This document shows, one piece after another, positions 12,348 to 25,282 of a DNA stretch of 64,000 bases. The stretch is from positions 113,400,001-113,464,000 of the forward strand of contig NW_024704743.1 of NCBI RefSeq assembly GCF_018977255.1. The letters are read 5' to 3'. The notes beneath the pieces are model-generated. The model worked only from the letters and a program-made list of their open reading frames with translations, had not been told where the DNA came from and did not search any database. Position 1 is the stretch's first letter. Each line of letters begins with the position of its first letter. The position numbers were made by a program, and so were the translations under genes. The stretch is from Callorhinchus milii. Taxonomy: Eukaryota.

Positions 12348-13547
12348 TATTACTGTTTGTCAGGCTAATGGTTTTTTAATCCCATTGTGATTTTGTAAAT
12401 GAGTGGGAAAGGTTTGCCAAATCTTTTTAATGAAGATGTGACCTTTTAAGATTTTTTTTAAATGACATTTTTGAGAATACAAGCATGTAACAGCTTGCAT
12501 TTATGTAGCGCTCTTCATGTGGAATAGCATCTCGGAGCTTTTAATGTCAGAGTACAGCATATATCCAAGTAAAACCAACTATTTTGTATGTTTTTCATAG
12601 TTAAGGATCAGAGAACCAGGGTTCATAGCTGTTCCATTATCTTTTAATGTTTATTCATTTCACCGTCGAGTTAACCAGTGAATAAATAATTAACTGACAA
12701 AGCTATCGGAGCTTAGTTCAGGAAATTAAGCATAATTGTGTTGCCATTTTCCATCCCAGTCTGATTACTTGATTACAAAGAGCTATTGGTAGAGGAGCCC
12801 TTTCAGCTTCAAAACATTAAAACAAACCTTTCCTGAAGATTATTTGTGCAAATTTACACAGTGATATTGATTCTTGCATTATATTGGGAACTGTAATACT
12901 CTCTCTGGTCAGATTGAAATCAAGGCACTATATTATGAATGGATTTAGTGGTACATCATAGTTTGACGAGTGAAAATTCATCATCTAGTCTCAAAGGAAT
13001 AACTTGCTGTCTGACTGTAATAAAATATAAAAATCTTTGCATCTGATATAGTGCCTTATCTGTCCGACATGAAGGGCACTATATAAATGCAAGTTGTTGT
13101 TGTTATCACTTCGTCAAACTATCTCTGTGGCTTCTGATATTTCCAGGAAAGAAGTCCTAGTTGCATGCAATTGGTGTAGCACTGTTGCAAACTGATAAGT
13201 AGAAAACTGGAAAATCACATGGCAATTTGTGAAATAAAAGTAAAGCTTTAACAAGTAAAAGTAAAAAATAATGTTACCCCCCAACTGTGTCTGCAATGGA
13301 ATATACACTCTCTCCCTGTATGGTCCCTGTTTACCTAATGCTGGAAATCATGAAGTGTAAGTTGGCAATAAATAAGGCTCATGCCTCGCCCATCCTGGAG
13401 AGGACAAGTTTGCAGGGCTATGAGGAGAGTGCAGGTGAGTGGAATTGATTTGGATAGCTCTTTTCACATTGCCAGCACAAACTCGATGCTTGAATGGCCT
13501 CCTTCTGTGCTGTGTAATTCAATAATTGTATGATCCTCTTTTCCAAC

Positions 13548-14438
13548 TTTTCCAACGCCAACTGCGAGGAGATGCTGGACTTCCTTAAAACCAAAACCAA
13601 GGGGATCCGCTCAGCTCCCTCTGCCCTTCCAACTACTATCCACTCCCCATCTCCTCCTCATACCACAAACTCTACCCATACCTCTCTCCACATCTTTGAA
13701 CCTGTCTCTCCCTCCTCTATCACCGCCATTATAACACATGAAACCGACCACCTGGATTCACACTCCACCTCACTGAGCCAGTTCAGAACGTTGGGGTCTT
13801 GTTTGACCCTCAACTATCCTTTCAACCCCACATCCATGCCATGACCTACTCTGCCTTCCCCCACCTTCGCAACATCGCCTGATTCCGCCGCTGTCTCACA
13901 CCACAGGCCGCCGAGACCCTCATAAATGCAATCATCACATCTAGGCTCGACTACGCAAACTCCCTGCTTGTCGGCCTCCCTATCACCCTCATCCTCCCCC
14001 GACTCCACTGGCTTCCCATCACTCAGAGGATACTGTTCAAGATCCTGGTCTTCACCTTCAAAGCCCTCCATGGCCTTGCTCCCCCTACCTCTGTGACCTC
14101 CTAATCCCCTACCAACCTGCCTGCTCCCTCTGCTCAGTGGACTCCAGTCTGCTTCACGTCCCCTGCCTCGCCTGTCCTACCATTGGCAGGCAGACCTTCA
14201 GCCACTCTGCCCCCACTCTCTGGAACTCCATCCCACAGTCCCTCCACATCGCCGGCTCTCTCACCTCCTTTGGGACCAATCTCAAGACCCTCTTCTTCAA
14301 CTGTGCCTTTGGTCACCCTGCCCTCCACCCTCCTCGATCCTGACCCGCAGCTCAGATCCAAAATACTGATTGTCCAGGGGTTTGGGACATCCTCCCAATG
14401 TGAAAGGCACTATATAAATGTAATTTTGTTGTTGTTGT
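13548..14438 (+). mobile_element. L2 fragment with internal deletions
   Basis: [11 protein letters not shown] matches the intron-12 L2; LWNSIP; tail tgtgaaaggcactatataaat followed by (TTG)n. Confidence 0.9.
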
Positions 14439-15982
14439 GGATCCCAGAGCATATGCTGGAGGTTACCCAGTTAAAATCACATAGCTTCTATTGTGAACAT
14501 GGTCTGCAAACTTTCCACTATTTGTCCGGCAAGAACCGTCTTACCTGTTAATGCTTTGGCTTGCAGGGTTAACAGGAACCCAGTAGGAAGAATCTCTGTT
14601 TCCAGTGGTTAGCCTTTCTCTCCCAGCCCAGCTGGTGAACCAGGCTTGTTAGCTACAGTGTCTTGGGTATGCAACCCTTTCTAGCTCAGGAATTGGACTA
14701 CTGAGACCAGCACAGAGGATTAAATTGATTTCAATATTCCATTAACAGCCATGTCATCTCGAAGCCGGTTCATGTTCCCATTTTCTCAGTAGTAAAGACA
14801 GACAGGAACAATACAGTAAAGTTCAGTGTGATGGAGCATAGTGGTCCTGGTCCTGTCTTCAACTGCAAAGATTTATGACTCTAATTTTGGTAGCACGAAA
14901 ATAAATATTTACAAATGGATACTGCAGTGAAGTAATATAAATCAAATTGTGTGAAAAAATGTAATGATTGATTAAACAGGGCATTATCATTATTGTCGTT
15001 TTAGCTTCATTGTGGATAGCTTTGTATGATTATACTGTCCCTTTGTCTTCTCCGATTTCTCCCTGCATTCAAAAACCTGCCTTAAGACCTATCCCCAACC
15101 CTCCTTCATTTGAGGGATTATTGGCTAGGAAACCAGGAAGGATGGTTGAGGCCAGGACAATGCTGTAATGGGAAGATTTTAATTGGGTTGGTGTTCTGGA
15201 GAGATGAAATCAATAACAACTTGTATTTATATAGCAGGGTAGCATCCCAGAGTGCTTGACAATGGCAAATAATAAAAAGATCAAATAACTGAAGGCCCTT
15301 TCCACCTAATTTTCTATTGTGATCTTGTGAACATGCATCCCTACACTACATGATTTTTTTTGCATCACATTGAATGTAAATTAAACTTTCACATCAACAG
15401 AAACACCACTTTCAGTAGTAAAACAATTATGTGTTGGAAACTCCCAATTATATTCCTATTTCCAAATCCCGCTTGAGGAATTTGCTACGGTGGTGGAATT
15501 AAACCCATGTCCGGAACTCCACAAACTAGCAGAGAAAGTTTTTATATTATTGAAGCACTGCGAGTGTAACCAGCTCTCTCTCAAATCATTTCAACTTTAA
15601 GACAGTCCATTGAACCACCCAAGAAGTTTTAAACTGATTTTATTTTAAAAGAAAACCTTCAAAGTTCGTTTGGAATTAACTGCAATGAAGGCTGATTTAA
15701 ACTGTTGCCACTGGCATTGATTTGATTTAGTAGCAAAAGTCCAAATCGAATCAGTGATCTTTATCACGGAGTTAAACTATTCTTCCAACATCAATTTGAT
15801 TTAGAAACTGAAATGAATCACTGTTAAAATCTTGTAAAAGGATACAAAGGAATCACAGCCAGAAATGCTTTTTTAGTGAAAGATGACTGCAGCACACAGA
15901 GTCACATTGATCAAACTGTTGCGTGAAGAGACCTCAAGCGCAGAAGCTCATAACAACTAGAAAGGCATCTTTACTGAAAAGT

Positions 15983-16022
15983 TGTCTCTTCAGATTTTCT
16001 TCTGTCTCTTCAGATTTTCTTC
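15983..16022 (+). repeat. Perfect 20-bp tandem duplication
   Basis: tgtctcttcagattttcttc x2. Confidence 0.9.
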
Positions 16023-17977
16023 TAAAATTATAGTCAATTAACTTTCTAAATGCAGACCATTTTCTGAGGATGCTTAATGTTTAAGTGTTTATTTCAAAAA
16101 CCCTGCTTCAATGTTAAATTGAGTTGGAATCACATTTAGATTATGCAGCTAGCCTTTTAGCATGATGCAATTCTGTGTTAAAATCGATAAAGCTTTCCAA
16201 AACGATTTGAGATGATAAGATGTCACCAGTCTTGAGCAGTAAAGGCAAATAATTTTTTTACATTTCAATTCTAATTGATTAAAAAGCCAAAAAGTTGTCT
16301 GGTTCAATTTACATCACATCTAATGACAAGCGTCACGTATTACAAACAAAATATTCTTATTTGCCTACAGTCATTGTAAGAAGAGATGTTCTTGTGTTGG
16401 ATTCAGTTTACGATTGAATCAAAATTCTTCAAACTTTTGGTAACAGTCTTGGAGAGACAAATCAACGGAGAATGTTGTGATTGAAATTGCTGTGTGTAAT
16501 GTAAATGTGCTTATTTATAAAAGAAAATGTTGTTGGATTCTGTAGAAATAAAACCATATTCTTCTATATAAATATTCTGCTCAGCTTTGCAACATATACA
16601 GAGTAACAGATGGTAGTGGTAAGTTCCAACACAGTAATTCAGTCAAGCATCATAAATCGTGAGAATGAATTGTGAGCAGTTCACAAATATCAGTGAGGCT
16701 GGGGAACAAATTACTACCTTCAGCTTGCCACAGCCAGTTCTTATTCTTTAAACTATGCAATTTCGAATACTCTCCCAGTGTCCTGGCCACCAAATCCCTC
16801 AACTAAGATTGGTCACTCACTTCATGGCTGTGGGCAAACTGGCTCCCACATTCACCCACAAAATACACTGTCAATCCACTTTACAGTATATTCTGTGAAG
16901 CACTTTTAGATGTCTGGACGACGTGATAAGGCACTATATCAAATGCAAGGACTATTATTATATATCATTACGTTTTATCCAGAATTAGTATTGAGCGAAA
17001 GAAAACGTTATGAAAAAGAAATTAAACACTGTGCTTTCTTTCACCTGTAAGTAGTCGGAAACCACCTTTCAAATTTGAATGGCAGATTTATTTATTTTAT
17101 TCTATCAATTTTCTCCCCATCTCCTCTACTGGAAATAACTGACTGATTTTCTTTTCTCCTAGTGTATGGTTCCATGGGAGCCTACTCACCTCAACTACCT
17201 TGCCCAAGTGGCCATGAGCCTTCACAGAGAATGTTGGCAGGTATTCAGCTACGAGCATACTACAGCCAAATTTGATACAGACTTCCCCGCACAGCCCTCT
17301 CTGAATAGCAATTAATAACAGGATCACTGGCTGAACTATTCCCCTACCTTACACGGTTGGTGCTGTGGCCAGTTGTAATGGCTCAACTGCTTCCTCAGCA
17401 CAGAACTGGATTTCACTCCTCAATTTCACTTTACCCGATACTAAATAATGAGGCTTAGTCAATTTAGTACTTCTATCTTGGAATTTTAGCTTAGCAAGGG
17501 GAAGAAACATAAGCACGTAAGAAATGTTAGACGAGAAAAGACAAAGGTCCAGCTAGTTCACCTTCCACCTTCCTGGTGGTCGCATGCACATAAGTCCCAA
17601 ACAACCTATGTGCTATATCCCATAATGTTATTTCCTAAAAGAAAACGATCTAATCTGTGTTTGAAAGAATCAACAATTCCTGCTTCAACCGTCTCCCTAG
17701 GGAGCCTGTTCCACAGGTTTGTGATATATCACGTCACATATTTTCCTCCCTGTTAGGTACGAATGTAAAACAAATGGTTTTGTGCAGCTGTCAGCTTAAA
17801 AGAGTTTTAACCCTTTTCTCTCAGAAAGATCATGTTCTCTTTTCAAAGTACACCACTTCATTCAAAATATTTCTACCCCTCACTATAGTTTTCCATCATA
17901 ATGTGAAGTATTGCTCCCCTTTCCTCATCTGAAATGTCTCAATCTAAGTGAGGCAGACAACAAATAGAATGTCAGAG

Positions 17978-18433
17978 TTAACAAAATGCAAAATACTGCA
18001 GATGTTGAAAATCTGAAACAAAAACAGAGGTTGTTAGGAACACTCAGCAGGTCAGGCAGCATCTATGGAGAAAGGAAAGCAAGTCAACGTTTCGGGTCCA
18101 CGACTCTTCGTCAGAACTGGGGCATGTTGGGAGGGAGAGGCATTTTGCAACAAATTTTCCCCCCTTTTGTTTTGCAGTATTAACGCCTGTATTCCCCTGT
18201 TTTGTTGCCATGCCCCCCATTGTTTTGCATCATTAAAACCTCTTTAACCCATCATCCCCTGACCTCTACCCTATTTTCTCTTCTGTCTTCCTTGTCCTGC
18301 CTCCCCCATCTCTGTTAGCCCTTAAAAGCCTTTCCCTCCCAACATGGGACCCAAAATGTTGACTCACTTTCTTTTCTCCATAGATGCTGCCTGACCTGCT
18401 GGGTGTTCTGGGCAATTTCTGTTTTTGTTTTAG
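17978..18433. mobile_element. Penelope-like element remnant with inverted terminal segments
   Basis: About 18015-18099 (aaacaaaaacagagg...cagcaggtcaggcagcatctatggagaaagg...) is the reverse complement of about 18346-18433; third copy at 36922-37026. Confidence 0.72.
18082..18118 (-). ncRNA. Minimal type I hammerhead ribozyme-like motif
   Basis: Minus strand: AGTT-CTGACGA-A-GAGTC-GTG-GACCC-GAAA-CG-TT-GACT, i.e. core CUGANGA/GAAA/UH, stem II with one mismatch and 4-bp stem I. Confidence 0.6.
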
Positions 18434-19439
18434 AGTGTCAGGGTTAGTTGTATATCTGAAGTCAACATTAGGAGAGCCACTATTTTTTTAGTGAATTCAT
18501 TTTGATCATTTTATATTTGTTCAGTCAATTTCTTTTAAACCCGAAAAGGATTAGACGTCACACTAATGTCCAAACATTGTTTTATTTACCGACAGTGCTT
18601 GATTTATGAGCACAGCAAGTTTTAGGAGGTCAAGCATAAACACAACATGGTACCTTCCACAGCACCAGGCATTTTTATGTAGATCCACCTTCCGCAAACA
18701 ATGAATGGCTGAAAATTGAAAGAGCCTATCTATGAGCACTGAATGCTTATCCCCTGGGACTACTGCACATAAATAGGCTCTAGCTTTAGATGAATTTCAG
18801 TTCAATAGCACATCCTAATTTTGGCTGGAAACAGGATCTCCTCTCACTGATCAGGTAGGTGTCACTTCATTATTTTAAGTAAATAATAGTGAAAAATCTA
18901 TGGACTTTTTTTTAACCTGACCAATTCTTTGTAACTGTTCTTGTTTTACATTAATGTAAAATATGTAAATGATCTTGGAAAATGCAGAGTTGCAAATGAT
19001 GCTTTCCAGTGATCCTCTTGTTAAATTCGTATCAGTTTGAAACCAGCCTAATGAACCGTGCAGTAATTTATATTCACTGCACTCTGATGTAGAGGGACCT
19101 GGAACTGGCAGGTCGCTGAATATGATGGAGTGACCATTAAAAAGAAAATCAAGAGATTTTCGAAGCATTTTGTAGGAAATGTAAATTGCCTGAGACTTTT
19201 AGCTTCTCTTTAGGGAAAGAGAGGCTACAACTTTAAAAGAGCAAGCAGGGTAAGATATTTCTTTGTAATTCTTCAATTAAGAAGTACAGCAAATACAATG
19301 AAAATTTGATATTAATGCCAGCTGATAGACGGGATATTTTTACTCTCATTAGTAGGGTCCTTCAAGCGTGAGTTTGGGATATTGGTTTCAAAAGAAAACA
19401 AATTGATAGTGAGGGTTTCCTGAGTTTTTCTCATTATTA

Positions 19440-20230
19440 TTTACATTTATATTAGTGCCTTGACATCAGGAGGACATTTCAAAGTATTTGGCAATGCTGA
19501 AAAAGCACCTGAGCTGGGAGTGGGAGCTGGGAGTGTGCAGGGTGGAAACTGGGGGAATGGGGAGGCGAAATATGACTGAAAGTGCAGGCAAAGAAGTACA
19601 TTTCGGGATGAGCCTTGAACGAGAGAGGGATTTAGAGGTCCTCCAGGATAGAATTCCACAGAGCAGCAGCATCATGGCTGAAAGCTTGTCCACGATGGTG
19701 GGGCTTTAAGGTCCACAGGGAGATGGGAGCCAATGGAGCTGAGTGATGATGAGGTGGATAGACTTGGGGGACAGGATATGATCAAGAGTTCTGAATAATC
19801 TGGAGATTGTCTCGAGAAGAGCAGAGGAGTCCGGTGAGCTGAGCATTGGTGTAGTCAAGCCCAGACATGATAAAATCGTGGATGAGGGTCTCGGTGGCCC
19901 AAAGCGTTAGGTAGTTGAAATGGCAGGCAATGTTTCAGAGATGAGGGAAAGCTGAGTGGGTAAGAGTGTGAATGTAGGGTTTGAAAGACAGTTGTAAATC
20001 GAAGAAGAAACTGAGATTCTGCACCAGTTCTGTGAGGTGTTGTGTGTATCTACAGAGGTTGATGTTGTCAGCTCCTGAGGTGAGATCTGTTTGTAGCCTG
20101 ATAGGAGCCAAACAGGAGACCCTCTGTCTTGTCAACATTCAGAGCTCATCCAGGTGTAATTGATCAGAACAGAAATGGTGCTGGATTCAAGCGTGGAGGC
20201 AAAGAGATAGAGTTGGGTGTCACAAAGTTC
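19440..20230 (-). mobile_element. Degenerate L2 fragment(s)
   Basis: Reverse complement of L2 tail at 19440-19490 and of RT C-terminal region (gtagtcaagc..., gagatagagttgggtgtc). Confidence 0.75.
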
Positions 20231-20424
20231 ACACAAGGTGACAGACTGCATTGGCAAGATAGCCATTTCATTTTTCTTCTTGGTGTCCGGAATTTCTTTC
20301 CTAGTTACATTTTGCTGCCATGTCTGCTCATGTGATCTCTGTTTCTGTCAAAAGATTCTAGAAGATAACTAAAATAATAATGCGGTTGAAAAATTGTCCT
20401 TTAGGAAAGTGAAATCTTACTGGG

Positions 20425-20711
20425 ACCAGGGTTATTGGTTATTTCGCCCCAGGCAGGGCGAAACCTTGGGCAAGTTTCCTTACTCCACACGCCTAATAAT
20501 AATCCCTCCAAAACAAAAAACAATAATAAATTGGTCATTTTCAATCTACGACTGTTTGTGGGACATTGCTGTGGGCAATTGGCTGCCGCATTTGCCCACA
20601 AATATACAGTCAATTCACTTTATAGTGTGTTCTGTGAAGCGCTTTGGACGTCCTCCTGTCGTGAAAAGCGCTGTATCAAATGCAAGGATTATTATTATTA
20701 TTATTATTATT
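20425..20711 (+). mobile_element. SINE, short subfamily, 5'-damaged
   Basis: caggcagggcgaaaccttgggcaagtttcc...caaatgcaagg(ATT)n. Confidence 0.9.
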
Positions 20712-20934
20712 GGTAACTTGGAGCAGGAGAAGCACCTCCCAGCCTCCCAGAGCCTGAGTGGACTTTTGTGGACCATCACACTTTTACTTTATAGTTTCTG
20801 GGTGTTTTCATTATTGTAAGAGTATAAACAGACCAAGAACAGAGGTTGATGTTATCAGCAATTCATGGCATTTAATACAACAACAACTTTCATTTATATA
20901 GTGCCCTTCACGCGGGGAGGGGCTCGGAGTACTC

Positions 20935-21380
20935 AACAACAACAACAACAATTTGCACTTATTTAGCGCCCTCCACTCAGGGTAGCATCTCAGAGCGCTT
21001 AACAGTGGCGGAAGCTGACTCCGAGCTTGGGTGGGGGGGAGGTGGCCGTAAGCATGGTCGAAGAGGAAAGTTTTTAAGGCGGGAATGGAAAAAGGGGAGA
21101 GGGGGGGCAAGGCGGAGGGCTTGAGGGAGAGTGTTCCAGAGCTTTGGGGCATAGTGGCTGAAAGCGCGACCCCTGATGGTGGGGCGGAGGGTGTGAGGGA
21201 TGAGCAGGAGGCAGGTGCCAGTCGAGCGGAGGTGCCAGGTGGTGGATTGGGGAGTGAGGAGGTCGGAGAGGTAGGAAGGTGCCAGAGAGTGAAGGGATTT
21301 GAACACGAGAGTGAGGATCTTGATGTTGATCCGTTCGGTGATGGGGAGCCAGTGGAGCCTGGCCAGAACTGGTGAGATGT
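20935..21380 (-). mobile_element. L2 3' fragment
   Basis: ORF pieces [23 protein letters not shown] and APKLWNTLP; (AAC)n tail at about 20935-20951. Confidence 0.92.
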
Positions 21381-23059
21381 AGGTAGTCTGATGCTGAGTT
21401 GGGGGGAAGGAGGAGGTGACCATAAGTATGATCGAAGAAGAAGTTTTCAGTCGTGATCTAAAAGAGCGGGAAAGGGGGAAAGATCAGGGGAGAGAGTTCC
21501 AGTTGGTGTGGCTGAAAGCATGGCCGCTGAGGTAATATGAAATGAGATGCATTGTTAAGGAAAAACAACAATTCCGTGCCAATCATGAGCTGGCCATTGT
21601 AAAGCACTGAACCTGGAAGTTTATTACTCTTCAAGTCTCAGACTTTCACACTTTGTGAGTCTTGCCTCCACAATGGACCATCAGGGCAGTACGATTTTGT
21701 TTTCAAAGAACTTCATCGCATGAAATTATCATTAAGAGATTATTTTTACAGTAATGGATTGCTGTAATTATTTGCTTGCTCATAAATGATTTAGTTGAAA
21801 TAAGTGCACATTAGAATCAAGCAATGGAATTAATATTTTTGCTTAATTCCATTAAGCATTTCATTATTGAAATATTTAAGTAGTACTATGAGGTTTTGGA
21901 TTTCACAATTTGATCAATTTACTAAACGGATGCTTATGAGAAAAGCTCTAAAAATCTCAGTTTTCATTGACAACTAAATGGAAGTGGTATTGAAGACTCA
22001 AAGGAGTAAATTGATTTGCTCAATACATATGAGCAATGAGAACAATGCATTTCAACATAAAAAGAAACATTTTCTAAACCATGGTGCCCTGCAAATAACT
22101 TTCTGCTTTATAAAGTGTAGCACAAGAAACAATTGCAACCCAATTCTTGTCACATACACAATGGCTCAGTTGAATGCTGAGGTAAAGAGTAGAGAGAAAT
22201 AAGACCATAAGAGTTTAGGATGAGCAGTTCTGTGCCAGGCACTCCTGTAAATCTTGATGTTGTAAACACATATTATCCAGGAATACATTATACTTGCGTG
22301 AAATTGTAGGAACAGAACATTGAATATGGAAACCTTGGATGTTCTCCAAAGCACATGCAAATGGTCGTCCTTGACTTGACAATGGTGTCAGTGAATACAA
22401 GTGTACTATTAATTACTTGCTCATTATGTTTCTTTGTTTTAGTGAGTTGCTACAGTAATTTGCCTAATAACCTGATCATCAGTTACAGATACTCTGCTTT
22501 GCTATCAGAGCTTCAGTGAGTGATTATGAAGTCTTAAAGAGAAAGTTTAAGAGTTAAGAACATTAAAAAATGGTCTGTTATAATTTCCCAGGTGGTTCAC
22601 CAGACCCCCGAATGCTTTAATAAACTGCAGGGAGAGACCACGATAGGATTCACACCTGTTAAACATAGACTGCAGCAAGTGCAAGTCAGACTGCTCCAGA
22701 AACCTCCTCTTGTAAGTGATGTGAGGAGGTAGATTCCTGCGATGATTCACACACGCTCATCCCCATTTGTGCCAACCGTCAGTGATGGCAATGATTTGCT
22801 GAAGTCCGTAGATTATGAATGCAGCTTTAGAGGGAGAGCTCACTCCACTTACTGATTTAACTGACTCCATCAATCTGACTCCCAGGAGAACGTAACACTG
22901 CTTTCTGGTTTATGGGAACTTTAGCCACAAAATTAATGTAGGAAGGATTTACCATGAAAGTCAATCCTTGCAGGACTATCATTTCACTCAAAAACAGACT
23001 ACAATATATAAGAGCAGGTCAGGGATAGTTGTCCTGGCCAATAGTCACCCAAATGATGC

Positions 23060-23296
23060 AGTGAGTTGTTCGAATCTGGAACGCATTGCCTGAAAGGGTG
23101 GTGGAGGCCAATTTGATAACTACTTTTAAAAACGCGGTGGATGAGTATTTGAGGAGGATGGGTTTGCAGGGTTATGGGGAAAGGGCTGGGGAGTGGGATT
23201 GACATTAATTGCTCTATTCAAAGAGCCGGCACAGACTCGATGGGCCGAATTGCCTCTTTTTGTGCTGTACAATTCTATGATTCTATGATTTTATGA
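23060..23296 (+). mobile_element. CR1 3'-end fragment related to the 857-3118 element
   Basis: ggtttgcagggttatgggga...aaagagccggcacagactcgatgggccgaat matches 2981-3073; ATTCTATG tail. Similar short 3' pieces at about 13390-13535 (+) and 53590-53730 (-). Confidence 0.9.
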
Positions 23297-23999
23297 AATA
23301 TTAAAAAAAATTGGTTACCCCCTCCATGGCTGTTTGTGGGTCATTGCTATGCGCAAACTGGCTACCGCGTTTCGCCCACAAAGCACACAGTCAAACCACT
23401 TTACAGTAAATCCTGTGAACAGTTTTGAGACTTCTTTTTGATGTGATAAAGCGCTATATCAAATGCAAAGATTATTATTGTTATTAAAACTGAGTTTAGA
23501 TTTTCATGACGATTCAGAGGAGCTGCTGCAAGCCCTACTGCTTATTATCTTAGGCTGTGTGCAGCAAACAAACGAGAGTGGAAGACAAAAAGTAGAAGTC
23601 AGTAATGTAAAGGAGGAGATGAGGAAATGGGGAAAGAGCAGAGAAAAAGCAGAAGGAAAAACTGGTAAGAGAAACACAGGAATTAAGAAAAAAAAGCAAA
23701 GAGACATGAGAGGAAATGGAATATGAAAACAACCAGTTGGTTATAAATATTGTAGTGTTATCTCAGTTCAGTTTATTTTCTGTGTTTAACCAAGTGACAC
23801 CATGCCAACAATCATATGAAAGCAGTTTACGCGTGTGCAGAGGTTTCCTTGGTGTGAAATCCATATGGAGCAACAGGTGGAGAGGAAGGTGAAAAGATAT
23901 AGACAGGAATAATCTCAGTGAGATCTGGGAGTACTGCAATTAACATCCTACCCCGCTTGCTTCACTGTTTTTAAGTCTCTGAGATGTTACTTACTTTGT

Positions 24000-24318
24000 G
24001 GAGTCCTGTAGCTCAGTGGTTAAAGCACTCGCTTTGCAAGCGAGAGACCTGAGTTCAATTCCAGGCAGGGCCAAACCTTGGGCAAGTTTCCTTACTCCAC
24101 ACGCCTAATAATAATCCCTCCAAAACCCAAAACAATAATAAATTGGTCATTTTCAATCTACGACTGTTTGTGGGACATTGCTGCGCGCAATTGGCTGCTG
24201 CGTTCGCCCACAAATATACAGTCAATTCACTTTACAGTGTGTTCTGTGAAGCGCTTTGGGACGTCCTCCCGACGTGAAAAGCGCTATATCAAATGCAAGG
24301 ATTATTATTATTATTATT
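24000..24318 (+). mobile_element. tRNA-headed SINE, full length, short subfamily
   Basis: A box TAGCTCAGTGG, B-box-like GAGTTCAATTCC, Deu-like 3' body, L2-like tail ending (ATT)n. Confidence 0.93.
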
Positions 24319-25282
24319 CTACGTAGAGGGTGCTGTATAAATGCCAGTAGTTGTTATCGTCGTTGATAGGAGAATCAGAATGGGGCACATTAGTTGAAAA
24401 TCTAGCATTCACTCCTTCAATTCACAAATAGAAACTTCTGTCATTAGCTTCTGCCAGGTTCCGCAAGCCCATTACCCCGTCCTTTCTCAACTCCACCAGC
24501 TCCCCATCTCACTGAGGTGGGTCAAATTGAAGATCCTCGTCCTCATATTCAAATTCCCGCATGCATTCGCCCCACCTCTGTGACCGGGGTCACAGTCAGT
24601 TGTGTAAGCTGTCTAGCGACATGCTCCTGATGTGAAAGGTGCAATATAAATATACATTGTAAACTGTAAATTAACCAGATGTCAATCATCCTGCCAACCC
24701 TTGAAAATCCTGAATCTACTTCATTGAACATCTAAGTGCAGATTTCCCACAGGTCATGGTGACGTAGTGGCAGGAATCACTATTTGAGAATCCAGTCGCA
24801 CGCTTGGCCCAGTGTTTGTTATAAATAAAAGGGATTTTTTTTGGAATGCTTCGGCACAAGTAGCTATTGAGGCTAAGACCATAACAGCATTTCAATGGAA
24901 TTTGATGCACAGTCAACAGGAACAATATTAGAGGGTATTGGCAAAGAATAGGGAATTGGGAATACAGTAGTTAGTTACAGGGGAGGAGGCTCATCCTAGG
25001 TTCACTGCTCTGTATGCACACCTTTGCTGTAATTTCTAATATTATATGAAAGAGGAAAATGCCTTTTTTGATTGTTTAAATATCAATTCCATCAATTGTC
25101 TAATATATTTTTTGCATGAACTGTTGATACATTTATGGCTATCATATACTGTTGTGCTTTGTTAATAATGGATCTGTTTTGCCAGGATATATGCTTTCTG
25201 TTTCCCAGCATTGAAATTGAATGTACAATGAAAAGAAATTAACTAGAGGTTAGGAGAAGGCAACGAAAACTCTGGAGAAAAA

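Noticed and set aside
24000..24070. tRNA genes at SINE heads (also 6642, 50757, 54076, 61104, 63212)
   Set aside because: Each continues into a SINE body and tail, the copies carry scattered stem mismatches, and the anticodon varies.
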